A stretch of 64,000 bases of DNA from Eledone cirrhosa (Eukaryota), in contig OZ024741.1 of NCBI GenBank assembly GCA_964016885.1, positions 183,396,001-183,460,000 of the forward strand, in the 5' to 3' direction. Every line of letters starts with the position of its first letter. Positions within the stretch are counted from its first letter, which is position 1. Positions 25,373 to 39,605 of the stretch are shown piece after piece. The position numbers were made by a program, and so were the translations under genes. A model generated the notes under the pieces. That model was not told where the DNA came from. It made no database searches and worked only from the letters and a program-made list of their open reading frames with translations.

Positions 25373-28300
25373 CATCATCATCGTTTAACGTCCATCTTCC
25401 ACGCTAGCATGGGTCTGGACGGGAATTGTCCCATTTGAGGCAAGAGTGGTTGTCTTGCTCAGGACTGTCTGGCGGGTTTTCTATGGCTGGATGCCCTTCC
25501 TAACACCAACCACGTTTACAGTGTGGACTGGGAGGTTTTTACCGTGTTACCTACATGACCACATTACAGCGTGGACTGTATGTTTTTTTGTCGTGACACC
25601 TACACGACCTCGTTTTAGGACTGGATGTTGTGGTACCAACATAGCTTTACATCGAAAGGGGTGGTGTAGATGGCGTGGGGGTAGGGGTAGTGGGACGGGG
25701 ATGTATTTTGGTTAAGAGGTGCCTACTGACTGTAGGTTTCGCTTTGTACTTAGGCAAGGCAGGTCTTCTGTATTACAGCGTAGCGCCAAAGATGTCCAGT
25801 GACATTGTCTTGGAGAGGTGTAAGTGTGTGAGGTCGGAATTTATCAAGTCGTCCCAGGTTTTTCTGGGTCTGCCTAACCCGTAGCTACCGTCTATTTTGA
25901 TCGCCCTGCACTTTTTTATAAAGCTGTCGTCTTTCATGCACATCACGTGACCATACCAACGTAGTCTTCTCTCGAGTAAACAGCATCTGATCCCTCTTAT
26001 TCCTAATTTCTCACTTAGTTCATTTATGCTTTGCCGTTCGCGTATATTACTATTAATAACAGCCTGCCTTTCATTTTTAGAGAGAAACCTTTAGCGGCCA
26101 ATAGTGGTATAAGCTCTGAACTTTTTCCATCCCATTCTGACTCTAGCTACAGTACTTTCGGAGCACCCTCCACCACTGCTGATTTTGTCACCCAGGTAAT
26201 GGAAGGTATCCACTATTTCTATAGAACCATCTGGGCAATGGAATGAGCTAGTATTCTGTGGGCATTTGCTGCTACTTATTGCACCAGAGCACTGGCCACA
26301 TATAAAATCTATATTCTTAGTTAGCTTACCTGTGATCCCACTACATCTTGTATGCACCCATACTTTGCATTTTGGACATAAAATGGAGTTTCTGCCTACT
26401 CCTTTCCTACACACTGAGCATGGCCATTTCCCAGAAGGGACCAGTGCCCTATTCTCCTTCCTACATATTAGAACTTTAGTCTTAGACAAGTTAATTTTAA
26501 GGCCTTTTGATTCTAGGCCATGCTTCCATGTTTGGAATTTCTTCTCTAGTTCAGCCATTGATTCGGCTACGAGCGTTAGATCATCTGCGTATAGAAGTTC
26601 CCATGGGCCAGCCGGTCTTGAACTCCTCCGTTATAGCTTGGAGGGCGATAATAAATAGGAGGGGGCTAAGGACGGAGCCCTGATGAACACCAACTTTTAC
26701 GCTAAACTCTTCGCTATATTCGTTGTTAACTCTAACCTTGCTGACTGTTTCTTTATACATGGCTTGAATAGCTCTCACAAGCCATTCATCAACACCTAGT
26801 TTTCTGAGAGCCCACCAGATAATGGGGCATGGGACTCTGTCAAAGGCTTTCTCCAAGTCAACGAAAGCTAAGTATAAGGGTTTACTTTTAGCTAGGTACT
26901 TCTGCAGTTGTCGTACAAGAGCGTTTGTGGTACTTTTACCTGACACAAACCTGAACTGCATTTCATCTAGATCAATTTGCTCTCTGATTAGTTGCGCTAT
27001 TACTTTTTCTGTGACCTTCATGACCTAGTCGATTAATTTAATGCCTCTATAGTTTCCCCTATCTAGGGCATCTCCTTTACCCTTGTAGCAGTTAATGATG
27101 CTGCTGCTATACCAGTCCTTTGGTACGACCCCATTCTGTATGACTTGGTTTACTATCCGGGTGACCATAGTGTGTCCCACCGTTCCAGATGCTTTCAGCA
27201 TTTCAGCAACTATTTCCGAAGGCCCAGTCGCCTTGCTCGTCTTCATATCTTTGATTGCCTTACTTATTATACGACCTTCAACTTCCACTGTTGGTCCCTC
27301 TATTGGATCGATGTGGGGGAGACTGTCTTTCTCCCATTTATTCTCCTCATTTAGTAGCCTTTCGTAGTGACACTTCCAAGCTACCTTCTTATCAGCGTCA
27401 GTGATGGCAAGTACACCATCATCATTACGGACACACTTCTCGCCGACAATATCACGGTTTGCCTTGACACATTGCCTAGCAATCCTGAACACCTCACGTT
27501 TTTGGTCCTTGCGTTGTAGAACATGCTTGAACTTTTTTTCCTCTACTTCCCTTCTTGCGAAGTACACTTGTCTCCTAGCTTCCCTCCTGGCCACTTGATA
27601 GTCTTCTCTACTTCCCCCATCCCGCCATACTTTCCAAGCCTGCTTTTTGGCCTTGATCGACTCCTCCACCTTACTGTTCCACCACCAAGTTACTCTCCTG
27701 CCTATAGGTCTGCTCCAGCCACAGATTTCATCTGTCGCCTTCAACAGGTTAGCTTTCAGGAATTCCCACTGTTCCTCTATATTGTACGACTCTAATTGCT
27801 CTTCCTTACTGTCAAAAGCATCAAGAAATATGCTTTTAAATTTATTACTGGCTGTGGGGTCCTTTAACTTCCATATTAGTCCTCCTCTGTTGTCGAGTAC
27901 GTCTCATCCTGACGATGAGGTCACTAACTATGAGGCTATGTTGGGAGGTGCATTCTTCATGGGGGAGGGATTTAGTGTTTACAACAGACACTCTGTCATG
28001 TCTTCTGGTAAGGATATAATCTATCTGACTGGCGTGTTCCCCTGATCTATAGGTGATCAAGTGGTTGTCTCGTTTTTTGAAGTTTGTGTTACAGATAGTT
28101 AGGTTATTTGCGTCACAGAATTCCAGGATTCTGGAGCCTTCTTCATTTCTAGTACCAAACCCATAGCCTCCATGGATTCCGTCATAGCCGTCACAGTGTT
28201 GTCCAATGTGACCATTTAGGTCGCCAGCAATAATTATATAGTCACTGTCGGTTATTTGGGAGGTAATGAGCATTAACGACTCATAGAATCTGTCTTTTAT

Positions 28301-28870
28301 AATGCCAGGCAGTCCGGGTTGGGGTGCATATGCAGATATTATTGTCACAGTAGTTCTACTGAGGACAAGTCTTATTTTAATTATTCTGTCGTTCACTCTA
28401 TTTACGTCTATCATCTTATCTACCCATTTTTCTGCTAACATGATTCCTACTCCACCCAGCCCATTGTCATTGCCCACCCAGAAAAGCTTATAGCATCGGT
28501 TTTTACCCACAATGAATCTAGCAGACCCACCCCTCCACCTGGTCTCTTGGATACAGCAAACATCAACCTCCTTACGTTCAAACATTTCTACAACCTCGTT
28601 AGAGCGACTTTTAAGGTGCCTACATTCATGAAGTTTTGGATTGCGTTTGGTGGGTGGGAAGGATGGGGTGCAGGGAGGGTGAGGGGGATGGGGCTATGTT
28701 AGCCATCCACGGCCGAAATAAAGAGGAGTCCTTGCATTCTCGTCCAGCAGCATTGGGTGAATTTGTCTTTATCTTTGGCATTGTCACTGAGTGTCCAGAT
28801 TTTTTCAGACTCTCCAGAATTCCGTAGTCCATCCATCATATCGAAAGGCAACCAGGTCTAAACTTAAGAA
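25373..28870 (-). mobile_element. Near full-length RTE LINE (APE endonuclease + RT with PHD insert), disrupted
   Basis: APE: CIQETRW, SAYAPQ, AGDLNGH, SQIDYI. RT: YKGKGDALDRGNYRGIKL, FVDLEKAFDRV, HQGSVLSPLLF, YADD. Frameshifts and stops are present, with a (GAT)n 3' tail. The 5' boundary is approximate. Confidence 0.93.
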
Positions 28871-29400
28871 GTGATAACATAGGCCACTAGATTATGATTG
28901 GTCCAAATAATAATGGTGGCGAGTGGGGGGGGGGGGGGGATCTGGGGTAGTTACCGAGAAGGTTATAAAATAAAATCCCCGAATTTTGGCCATAATCGAA
29001 CGAGCATATAACTGTAATAAGAGAAGAATTATGGGATTTTAAAATACAAGAAGATTATTTTGAACGATCAGACAGAATTATCGAATAGCATTGAAAAAGA
29101 AAAGATTGGATTCTGGACAATATAATACAGATAGATGAATGGACCGGGGAACATGGGGAGATGAGAAAAATAGGATTCGTACATTACATTACACAGAAGA
29201 GCGAGCGAGCGATGTAGCCAAGAATAGGGGTCGACAAATATATGTATATATTGTGTGCTTAAGTATCTGAAATAATTGGAATACAATCGGACTATTTCCT
29301 AACATTAGATTCCTCTAGTTAACTCTATGCAAAACTTATTAACTTACACAGGAAAGTTCTAATGAGAATTTGCTTAGTTTAGCACAAATAATTGAATTAC

Positions 29401-29674
29401 CTCTTTGAACCAAGAATCGGCAACACATTGCAAAGTTTCCCTTGGCGGCAAAGTGAAGCGGGGTGTTTCCTTCAACATTTACACTGTCGAAATCAGCTCC
29501 ATAACCGGCAAGAACAGCCATAACCTCAAAATGACCATTGAGAGCTGCAAAGTGGATAGCCTTGTTTCGTTTCCAGTCTTTCGTGTTGGGATCACCTCCT
29601 TTCTCTAGAATGGACCTAACGACTACTGCACTGCCACTTTTGGAGGCCGACATAAGAGGTGTGTGGTTAGTTTT
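29401..29674 (-). CDS. ANKEF1: ANKEF1 coding exon 4 (ankyrin repeats)
   Basis: tttttcag|AAA acceptor and G|gtaatt donor, 274 nt (phase 0 to 1). Encodes TPLMSAS..ILEKGGDPN..HFAALNGHF..GNTPLHFAAKGNFAMCCRFLVQRG. Confidence 0.93.
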
Positions 29675-31144
29675 CTGAAAAATGCAGAAAGAAAAACACA
29701 CCAGGCATGAGAAAAAAGATAAAGTAGAAAGATGGAGGCAATGTTGTGAGGAAGGAAGAAAGGTAACAAAAAGATGAAGCATAAATAATGGAAAGGGGGT
29801 GGAGGAAATTGTTAGTGGTAAGAGAAGACATGAAAGGAAATAAAAGGAAATTAAATAAAATTAAAATAAACAAACATCAAGAAAATTAAAGGTGGAAGAT
29901 TTTGAATGACATACCCAGTCCCACACACACATATTCCCCCCACCCATATATTATTTTGACAGCAATCTCTAGACCATAAGAGATAAGCCAAAGAACTTTG
30001 ATATCACTATGGTGTCTAGTGACTAGCTGTACCATTGTCCAACACATAGATAGCATTAATTACAATAGGTTGCAGAACCAAAGATGTGAACTGGACTGCA
30101 TGGAGGTAAACTAAAGTATGCCCACCAGAAGTAATTATAGGAACAGTACCATAATGGAAAACCGCAGTACCTACAAGAAGTGGGGTATGAGCAATTCAAC
30201 TTCACCAGCAGACAATCCACCACAATTACATCAGTAAAGAGTGGAAAATGCAACTTCAGACACTCAGTAATGAATGTGGAAAACTCTGGTCTACTAATGT
30301 AAAGTTACCATTTGCAATTCTGCATATAGGCCTATTGGGGCAATGTCAATAAGGTTTAAGGACCAATGGTATAATCATCACCACACCTTTATTAGTATGG
30401 AGAAGTGAAAAAGCACAGATATTTTGGAGACGATCTGGAAGCTCAAGTTAGATAAAACTCAATATTTGTTAGAATGGTCTAAAATTCACGAGATGCCTCC
30501 TGACCATCTCTGTTTGAGTGAAACTTTGGAAATTCTTGAAGGCACACTTCTTCAGTACCTGTCTACACCGGGCTTCTGGTACTTTCCTCAAGCGATATGG
30601 AAATTACATGGAAATTAGTTAAGAACCCCTCCATCACCCCCTATCCCAAAATAGTGTAGGAAAGGAATGTCTGTGTATATCTTATGATGTCACCTGAAGC
30701 CCTAGTATATGACATACTGAACCTAGCATTAATAATTACCCTACACACCTAGACTACATAAATACAAATGACAATGTACCATACTCTTTAATACTGAATC
30801 ATACTAGACTTAAAACTTACACCCCGTAAGTTACTCTTAACGAGCGATAATATAAGACTCATTCTTTTACCTTTTCTCACTTATTTCTTTAAATTCTTCC
30901 TTGTATACATTCATATTTTTTTTTTACTCTAATCTTATATTTATTCACTCATACCTCTGTGTGTTGTAACTCATTACAATCTCCAAATCATCACACGATT
31001 ATAAAATCATGTATGTGCATGCACACACATACACAATTATATAATTGTGTATTGACATGGGGATTGCAATGAGTTATGAAGCATGGGGATATTGTGTACC
31101 TATTTCAAAGCAGATACACATGGCTTATGTATAGATATGTTTAC

Positions 31145-31344
31145 CTCAGGTCGTATATCAGGGTTAATTCCATCTTTGAGAAGTCCAAGGCAAATTTTTT
31201 CATTCTCAACTGCAGACTCACAGCCCAGTTGCAAAGCAGTTGAACCATCATTAGCAACTGTGTTGACATTGGCTCCATATTGGACAGCTAGCTCATAACT
31301 GCGATAATGCCTATGAGTTGGTGTGAACATATAAAACAAAATTC
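31145..31344 (-). CDS. ANKEF1: ANKEF1 coding exon 3
   Basis: ttctgcag|GA acceptor and GAG|gtaaac donor, 200 nt (phase 1 to 0). GILFYMFTPTHRHYRSYELAVQYGANVN matches ANKEF1 GVLFYCILPTKRHYRC..HGADVN. Confidence 0.93.
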
Positions 31345-32159
31345 CTGCAGAACAAAACAGAATTGAAATTCAGTGTTGCATGATTAGAACAATCTGAGAA
31401 CATCAGTGACAGAACTAAAACTGGGGAAAATTAAGAAAATTTTGTTAGACACAACAAAGAAAGAAAACTAAATTATTTTGGACATATAATTAGGAGGGGA
31501 AAATGGTTTACAGAGGCTGTTAATAGAAAGCAAAATGAATGGGAAGAGATGAAGAAGAAAATCAAGAATTAATGATGATGATGATGATGATGATGACGGC
31601 AACACTGTCACCATCATCATCATCATCATCATCAAGTGGATGGGACCTAGGAGGAGGGAGACTTAGGCTGACATGGGATGAAGTTCTAAAGAATGATCTC
31701 TAGAAAGAGATGACACATAACTGAGCTAACTGGCGATATGATATAATACAGAAGACATGTCCTCCTGTACAAGCACTGCAAAACAAAATGTAAATGTAGT
31801 GAGTAACTGGAGGCTACAGTATTACCGATCAAACAGAGATAGTATAATGTTTGAGAGGACCCTTCAATCTGGATGAGCATGTAACGACCTCTCTAGAGCT
31901 GATGTCATGATGAAATGCACACAATACACACTGTAAAGTGTTAGTGTTTGTGACAAGAAAAAAACTCACCTAGTACACTCTGTGAAGTAATAGTGGTGGT
32001 GCCATGAAATAACCCAGTATACCCTGTAAGGTGATTGGTGTTAGGAAGAGCATCCAGCCATAAAAAACCATACCAACTATGAAATGTATGAGCAGGATGA
32101 GTTGATCCAACCAGTTTGGTCTTGGGCTGCGATAACTTCTCCAACCCATGCCAGCATGG

Positions 32160-32195
<36 letters not shown>

Positions 32196-33029
32196 TGATT
32201 AACGTCCATCTTCCACGCTAGAATGGGTTGGACGGGTCCTACTTTGAGGCAAGTTGTGTCGGGTGATTGTGTCTCACTAATATAGGGGTGTTTCTGGCTG
32301 GTTATCTACAGCTGGATGCCCTTCCTAACGCCAACCACATTTACAGTGTGGGCTGGGTGCTATTTGCTGTTCTGTTACATGTCGAATGTAAAAGAATGTA
32401 GATGGATGATGATGATGATAATGATGAGTATGATGATGATAAAGATGAGGATGATAATGATGAGGATGAGTATGATGATGCAGTGGATAGCAGAATTGGA
32501 AGAGAGAGTAGACAATATGTCTTATCGTATTTAGTATCAACTTTTTTATATTCTGTGATGAACTCCTTTCAAGATTGATAGAATAAGAACCAGTATTGAA
32601 CTAGCTTGATTATATCCTTTACACCCTCAATTTCCAAAATGTATAGTTCTTGTATCTAATTTAGTAATCATCTTTATAAGGACAATTGATAGCAGAATTG
32701 GTTTAGTGCTAGAGATAGTAATGTTTTTGTAATATTTATTTGTCTGTCTTTCCTTTCTGAGTTCAGTTCCCACTGAGATTAATTTCACTTTCCTCTTTCC
32801 AGAATCAATACAGTAAGTATCGATTGAATACTGGTATCAATATTTAGTGATTATACCGACTTCCTCTTCCACAACAATTTGTATCTCTTTCATAATTTTA
32901 GTACACCTAGTAGGTGAAGGATCAGTAAAACACTGTATAAAAAAAAAACTGATTTGTGATATCTAGAAACCTTTTTTAATATCCCTTTATTTTGTGAGCT
33001 TGAATTCTGTTCAGTATATGCTGGAAATA

Positions 33030-33192
33030 CCGTATTTCCCGGCACCACGCTTCATCCTCGAGGATGCACCCTAATTTGGACAACCAAAAATAAAAAAAAA
33101 AATAATAAACAACGTTTAGCCTCCAGGACGCATGGTAGATTTTTGAGACTTATTTTAGAAAAAAGTAGCGTCTTCGACACTGGGAAATATGG
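33030..33192. mobile_element. Tc1/pogo-type MITE
   Basis: ta|ccgtatttcccgg ... ctgggaaatatgg|ta TIRs with TA TSD. Confidence 0.6.
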
Positions 33193-33960
33193 TACATTAA
33201 CATCCCCACGTGGAAGGAGGACGTAAAACAATGATGATGATGATGATGACGATGATGATGAACATACCATTTTCTCTTTCCTATAAATCTCAAACACTGT
33301 GCAAGTGACATTAAAAAAAACAAAAAAAAAAAACAACAAAAAACAAAAACAAACAAACCTAAACTCAATATTTTTGAAAGATTTGTATCAACAGAAGACC
33401 TGGGTTAAAATTACAGACTTAGCATACATGATTTTTTAAACATAATTAACCAGAAGAAAGGGAAAACACTTTCATGGAAATGTTTTGATTTCTGTTTATA
33501 TATTCATTGTAGTGTGGCCATGCTGGAGCATCACCTCGAAGGGGTCAATCATATTGACTGTATCACTTATTTCAGTCTAGTATTTATTTCATCAATTTCT
33601 ATTTATTAACTGGCTACACTTTGGTGTTAAGGGGGCTACAGTGTCTTTACCATATGCACTGTTTTACATTGGTATACACAAACACAGACCCCAACAAATA
33701 CAGAGATTAACCCTGTATTTCCACATGTTTAAAATGCAAAATAAAGGGTACTCTTCAAATTCATGGGAGACGTGGTAACCACACTAGTAGTGGTGCTACA
33801 ATAAAATTCACTCAGCTGAGGCACTGTTGTGATGGGGTGGGGTGAGGGGTGGGGGTCAAAGTTGGAATGTGTTTGAGCTACAGCTTTGCTTGATCAGAAT
33901 TGATGTGGAGTTTAACAATATCTACAACAATGAAAATGTATAGAAACCAAAATATATTAC

Positions 33961-34270
33961 CTCTGCCTAAGGAATCAACTAGCTTCATATTAGCGTAGTT
34001 CATAGCCAATCTCTCCAGACACTCGACATGACCATACTGTGCAGCGACCATAGGGGCTGACATTCCTTTAAAATCAACAATATCGGGATGGGCACCAAGT
34101 CCCAGTAGAAATGAGAGCATGTTGTCACTGTTGGACATCGTTGCGACAATGAGAGCTGTCCGTCCATATTTTGGTTCATTGAAGTTAATCAGGTTTGGAA
34201 GTCCTTGGGCAATCAGTTTTTCAATTTCAGGTTTGTTCTTTTTATAAACCAAATCAATCAATTTGCACAC
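33961..34270 (-). CDS. ANKEF1: ANKEF1 coding exon 2 (ankyrin repeats)
   Basis: ttctcag|GTG acceptor and G|gtaata donor, 310 nt, ending in phase 1. VCKLIDLVYKKNKPEIEKLIAQGLPNLINFNEPKYGRTALIVA...LGAHPDIVDFKG matches ANKEF1 (KKQIEKL..LGYPELINYTEP..LGAHPDVQD). Confidence 0.93.
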
Positions 34271-34283
34271 CTGAGAATACACA

Positions 34284-34461
34284 TAATTGTTTCTACTTTA
34301 GGCACAAGGCCAGCAATTACCCAGTGCATTACTGGTACTTTATTTTATCGACCCCGTAAGGATGAAAGGCAAAGTCAACCTCGGCGGGATTTGAACTCAG
34401 ATCGTAAAGGGACGTAACTATGCTGGAAAGCATGACGTCCGACCCTCTACTGATACTGCCA
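34284..34461 (-). mobile_element. SINE family A inserted next to the ANKEF1 exon 2 acceptor
   Basis: Full SINE with TSD acacataat (34279-34287 and 34462-34470). Confidence 0.85.
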
Positions 34462-36955
34462 ACACATAATAAGATAAATACAGATAAGAAATATTTTGAG
34501 GCTCAAGAAAAGGTTTGGAGAAATATACATGAAAATACCCAGAAGAATGATAAGGAAAAATACCCAGGGACTTTTGCTGCATGAAAAAGCATTAGCATAA
34601 TTAATGTCTGGGACGAAGAAATTTTGATGAATTAAAGTTACTTTCAGAGTGATTAGGAGAACAAAATCATAGGTGAATCAGCTTATTCCTGGGGTTATTG
34701 TGCTGAAGTCAACTTTGCTTTTCATCAGATATCGATTTTCCTCTTCCTCCTAGTTACAGATCCAAGAAAGTTTTGTAAAGACATAATGTTGGGTGTTATA
34801 TTTAGCTCATATGTATGTAGTTGACTTGTTAGAATGGAGCCAAGGACACCAATTACAATTGGCACAGCTTTAGTTCTTGTGTTCCACATTTTTGAAAATT
34901 TTAACTGAAGATCTAAATAGTTATCAATTTATTTTTGGTGCTCATTGCTATCTATATTGTGGTTAGCTGGGAGGGCTATAGTTATAATATAACATCTTCA
35001 TGCCTCTTTTTCAATTACAACAATACTTGATCAACAGTACTCTACCACTCTATCATCATCATCATCGTTTAACATTTATCTTCCACGCTAGCATGGGTTT
35101 AGATGGGAATTGTCCCACTTGAGGCAAGATTGGTCATCTCACTCGTATGGCCAGCAGTCTGGCAGGTTTTCTACGGCTGGATGCCCTTTCTAACACCAAC
35201 CATATCTGTTTGGATACTAAAATCCCACGAGATTTTTACAGATTCATTTACTAAAATTGACAGGTGCATGAGAGTATCATTTCTGGTCTATCACAAAAAT
35301 CACACTGTTTTCCAATGACAAGTGTACATATAAATGCACTTTATTGACTCCCTTTGTTGTTTTAGAGTACAAGCATTTTATAGATAATTATAATGTGCGT
35401 CACAGCCTCCACTTTTCCCCTACATTCTACCTGTACAATTCCACGTGGTTTTGTCTGATTCTACCTGGTTATAGATATTCATTTTCACAGTGTGTGTTAA
35501 GGGCTTGGTTCTGGGTTGCAGGTCTTAGACTCACAATCTCATGCTTCAGGTCTCTGATCAGTTTGTTTGGCCCTTATATCTCTTTCAAATTGGCATGTAT
35601 TCATATTTCCTTTATTCATCAATTATGATTCTCTCCTATATATTCTTGTTTTCAATATTCTCTCTATCTAGGTTGCTGTTTTTGGCAACATATTGCAACA
35701 GTACTTTATTGCTACTTGCCAAGTACTGATCTAGCAGTTTATGTTCATTGGCAAGGCAATTTTTATGCTAATTACTCTTTGACCTCAAGTCCTTTGTTGT
35801 ATGTATAAATGGTGATACATGTGATTGCTTTTAGGGGCTAAATAAAAGAAATAATAACAACGACTATAACAATAATAATGGTAATAATCATTATTGGAGA
35901 GTGGATTGGCAGAATCATTAGTGCATTAGACAAAATGCCTCCTGGTATTTGCTCTGGTTCTTTATGTACTGAGTTCAAAACTTGCTGAGGTCAACTTTGT
36001 CTCTCTTCATTACAGGGTTGATAAGATAAAGTACTTGGGTAATATTTCCTCTCCTTTCCTCCCCTCCTGAAATTGCTTCCTTGGGCCTAGATTGGAAACC
36101 ATTATGACAGTATCGGTAGAGCATCAGATACCATGCTTTGCAGCATAGAGTTATGGTCCTTTACGTTCTGAGTTTAAATCCTGCCAAGGTTAGCTTTGAC
36201 TTTCATCCTTACAGGGTCAATAAAACAAAGTACCAGTAATGCACGGGGGCCAATTTAATCGACTCCCCCTCCTTCAAATTGCTGGCCTTGTACCTAAAGT
36301 AGAAACAATTATTGTTACTTGCTCTGGCAAGTTGTGTTTTCATGAGCTTTGAAGATTTGGATTCTTACCATATTCTTACTGAATGAAAATTGTTTCCCTT
36401 CTTGATTTACTTCACAAATAAACTCTATTTGGAAAGCTCCAAGGTGAATATTTTAAGGTCTATTTTAAGGTCTATTTTTAAACATATTTTTTAAAACTTT
36501 GTACACACACATTGGAAAATGGCATCTACAACAACAATAAGAAGGAACGCTCCTCAAAGTAATAATTGTTTCTACTTTTGGCACAAGGCCAGCAATTATC
36601 CCAGAGCATTACTGGTACTTCATTTTATCGACCCCGTAAGGATGAAAGGCAAAGTTAACTTCGGCGGGATTTGAACTCAGAACGTAAAGGGCCATAACTC
36701 TATGCTGTAAAGCATGGTGTCTGACGCTCTACCGATGCTGCCAATTCACCGCAGAACACATCTTACAAAGAAATAATAATTCTTTATAATATCGGCACAA
36801 AGCTAGCAATCTGAGGGAAGAGAACAGTCAATTATAAAGGGAAATAACAGTGTTAACATGGACAACTCAACAAATGAAAAATCTATGATTATTCTATGAT
36901 GAATCTTATTATTATTAACACTGAAACATACAATTTGGACAATATTGTTAGCCAT

Positions 36956-36986
<31 letters not shown>

Positions 36987-38182
36987 ACAAACATTTTTCA
37001 TCCCCATCAAACAAACACACACATTTGCCAAATAAAAATGTAAACAAGTATTTTAAAAAGAGATTATTTTAAAAAAAACTCCCCAAAACCTGGAAAGACC
37101 CCTATCTGATGTTGATGTGTGGACAGAAATAATTGCTATTCCACATGATAAAGTATACAGGACTGTCTGTTTAGTATTGAGGAATTGAGGCGACAGTGAA
37201 AAACAAGCTGAAATTGTGAGATGAACACTCATCTTTATATGTGTACTCAAATATTTGTGTCAAAGAAATACAAAGGTGATGATTAAGGGTATCATCAGAC
37301 ATGACATTGATCCTTGGATCTTTTCTCACAGTTTTAATTGCAGTATGAGTGGATAATCAGTTCAGAAGGGATAAGAGAAGATATAAAGTCATGATGCTGC
37401 TGTTAGGATGGATTTATTAGTCCTAATAACCAATGTAAATCACAAAGCTACACTGGAGCTGTGTCCATTTGAAGGAGCATAAATAAAAGGCATGTGACTA
37501 ATGGTGTAAGACAAAAAGTGCCGTTGTTATAGCTGTGGTAGCAAGAGTTATATGAGAGCTTTTTGCCTTGAAGTAGAACAGAAAAGTCAGAGACAGCAGA
37601 AAAAAAAAGACATAAAATAATTGAAGAAATAAATGAAGGAATTTATAAACAATTGAATACATACATGCTTATATACACATATTCATACAAATACACATAT
37701 CTAAGGCAACATATATTTCTATATATATTGAACAACTTGTCTTTAATATATATATATAAAAGACAAATTCTTTGTCTCTCTGTCTGTTTGTCTTTTCCTT
37801 ATGCACTCCAAAACAGCTCAACCAAATCAAATAAAATTTTACAAGGTATTAGACCCTGCGAGTAACAACATATAATTTTTATTTTCATTTGGATTAAAAC
37901 AATATAACACTTTATCTAATATAATCTACTATAGACAACTATAATTAAATAGATATTTAATAATATGATGACGACATCACTTTTTGTATATGAGTGTGTA
38001 TGTGTCTGTAAGTGTGTGTGTGTTTGCACATTTATTACGTACGTTACGACTTAGTTAATTAAGCACACAATTCGGACACTGGTTTACATACACACACACA
38101 CATACATGCATACACATGCGCACCACGCACACACACACACACACACACACATTTATATACAATTATCTCTATCTATTCAAAA

Positions 38183-39605
38183 AGGGTGACCTATTGTCCA
38201 GTCTGTCTTACTAGCCGAATTGCCAAACTGTCATGTGTCAGAGAAACACTTTGGAACTTCTGGAACTCGCAATTTGGATTTATCCCTAACTCCAGCTGCT
38301 GTGATCAACTTATCAAGTTTCTTGAAGACATCACCCAGATCACTGATGGCGGCTCATGGGTGGATGTTGTTTACCTTGACTTTGCTAAAGCTTTCAATTC
38401 TGTGCCACACAAAAGGCTTATGGCAAAACTCTCTGTAATGGGTGTGAAGGATGATCTTTTTAATTGGTTGAAGTCCTTCATTCTCAGTCGAAGAGAGGTA
38501 GTCATGGTTCTGGGACAGCATTCCTCACCATATGAGATGTCATCTGGTGTACCACAGGGATCTGTTCTTGGCCCTCTTTTGTTTGTGGCATATATTAATG
38601 ACATAGATGCCAACTTAAAGAATGCCACAGTACTGAAATATGCAGATGACAACAAGCTGTACCTTGAGATAAAAAGGACAGATCCTGAACACTATAGATC
38701 TTGTCTGCAATCTGACCTGGACACAATGCAACAATGGATCACAGACTGGCAACTCAAGCTAGCTGTGGACAAGTGCACCACCATGCATTTTGGGAGTAAA
38801 AACCTAGCATCCACATACTCCCTCCACAACACTAATATCAAGAAGTCTTCTTGTGAACGTGACCTGGGCATTACGGTCAGCAACGATTTGCGTTGGACGA
38901 AGCACGTCTCTAAAATTGTCAAGAAGGCCGAGGGTGGCTTAGCATCACTCAGCAAGACCTTTGTCAGCCGCTCTCCAGCTATCTATTTAAAGCTGTTCAT
39001 GGCTATGGTGCGGCCACACTTAGAATTTGCATCACCAGTCTGGAACACCTATCTTGCTCAGAACATTGACTGCCTGGAAACTGTTCAGAGACGTGCAACC
39101 AAGCGAATACCCTCCATCAGGCATCTACCATACTCTGAACGCCTTGCTTCCCTGGGCATGGATACATTGAAGCTCCGACGTCTGGCAACTGACTTGGTAA
39201 ACGGCCACAAAATTATTAACCATCTTGCCAACAACAACTCTGAGTACCATTTCCATGTGTCTAACACATGTGGGCATGCCCACAAAGTCAGAAAATAGCA
39301 CAGATCAAATGACTTTCGGAAACATTTTTTCACGCTCAGAGTTTCTGAAACATGGAACAAACTACCTGCATCAGTTGTTAGCTGTCGAAACACTGCATCC
39401 TTTAAAACCTACATGCTTCCTGAAATTCACCAACACTACACCTAATATTCCCCCTCCATACACATACACACAAGTATATCATGACTCATACACTATTCAC
39501 TTCCCTGACATTTGTATATTATTCTATGTGCTATATATGCACCTTTGACGAATTGTAGTGCACCTGAGCACTTTACACGATAATTTCATTATTATTATTA
39601 TTATT
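38183..39605 (+). mobile_element. 5'-truncated CR1-clade LINE
   Basis: QFGF, VDVVYLDFAKAFNSVPH, SGVPQGSVLGPLLF, YADD, ERDLGI, VRPHLEFASPVW and VQRRATK, with an (ATT)n tail. Confidence 0.88.
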
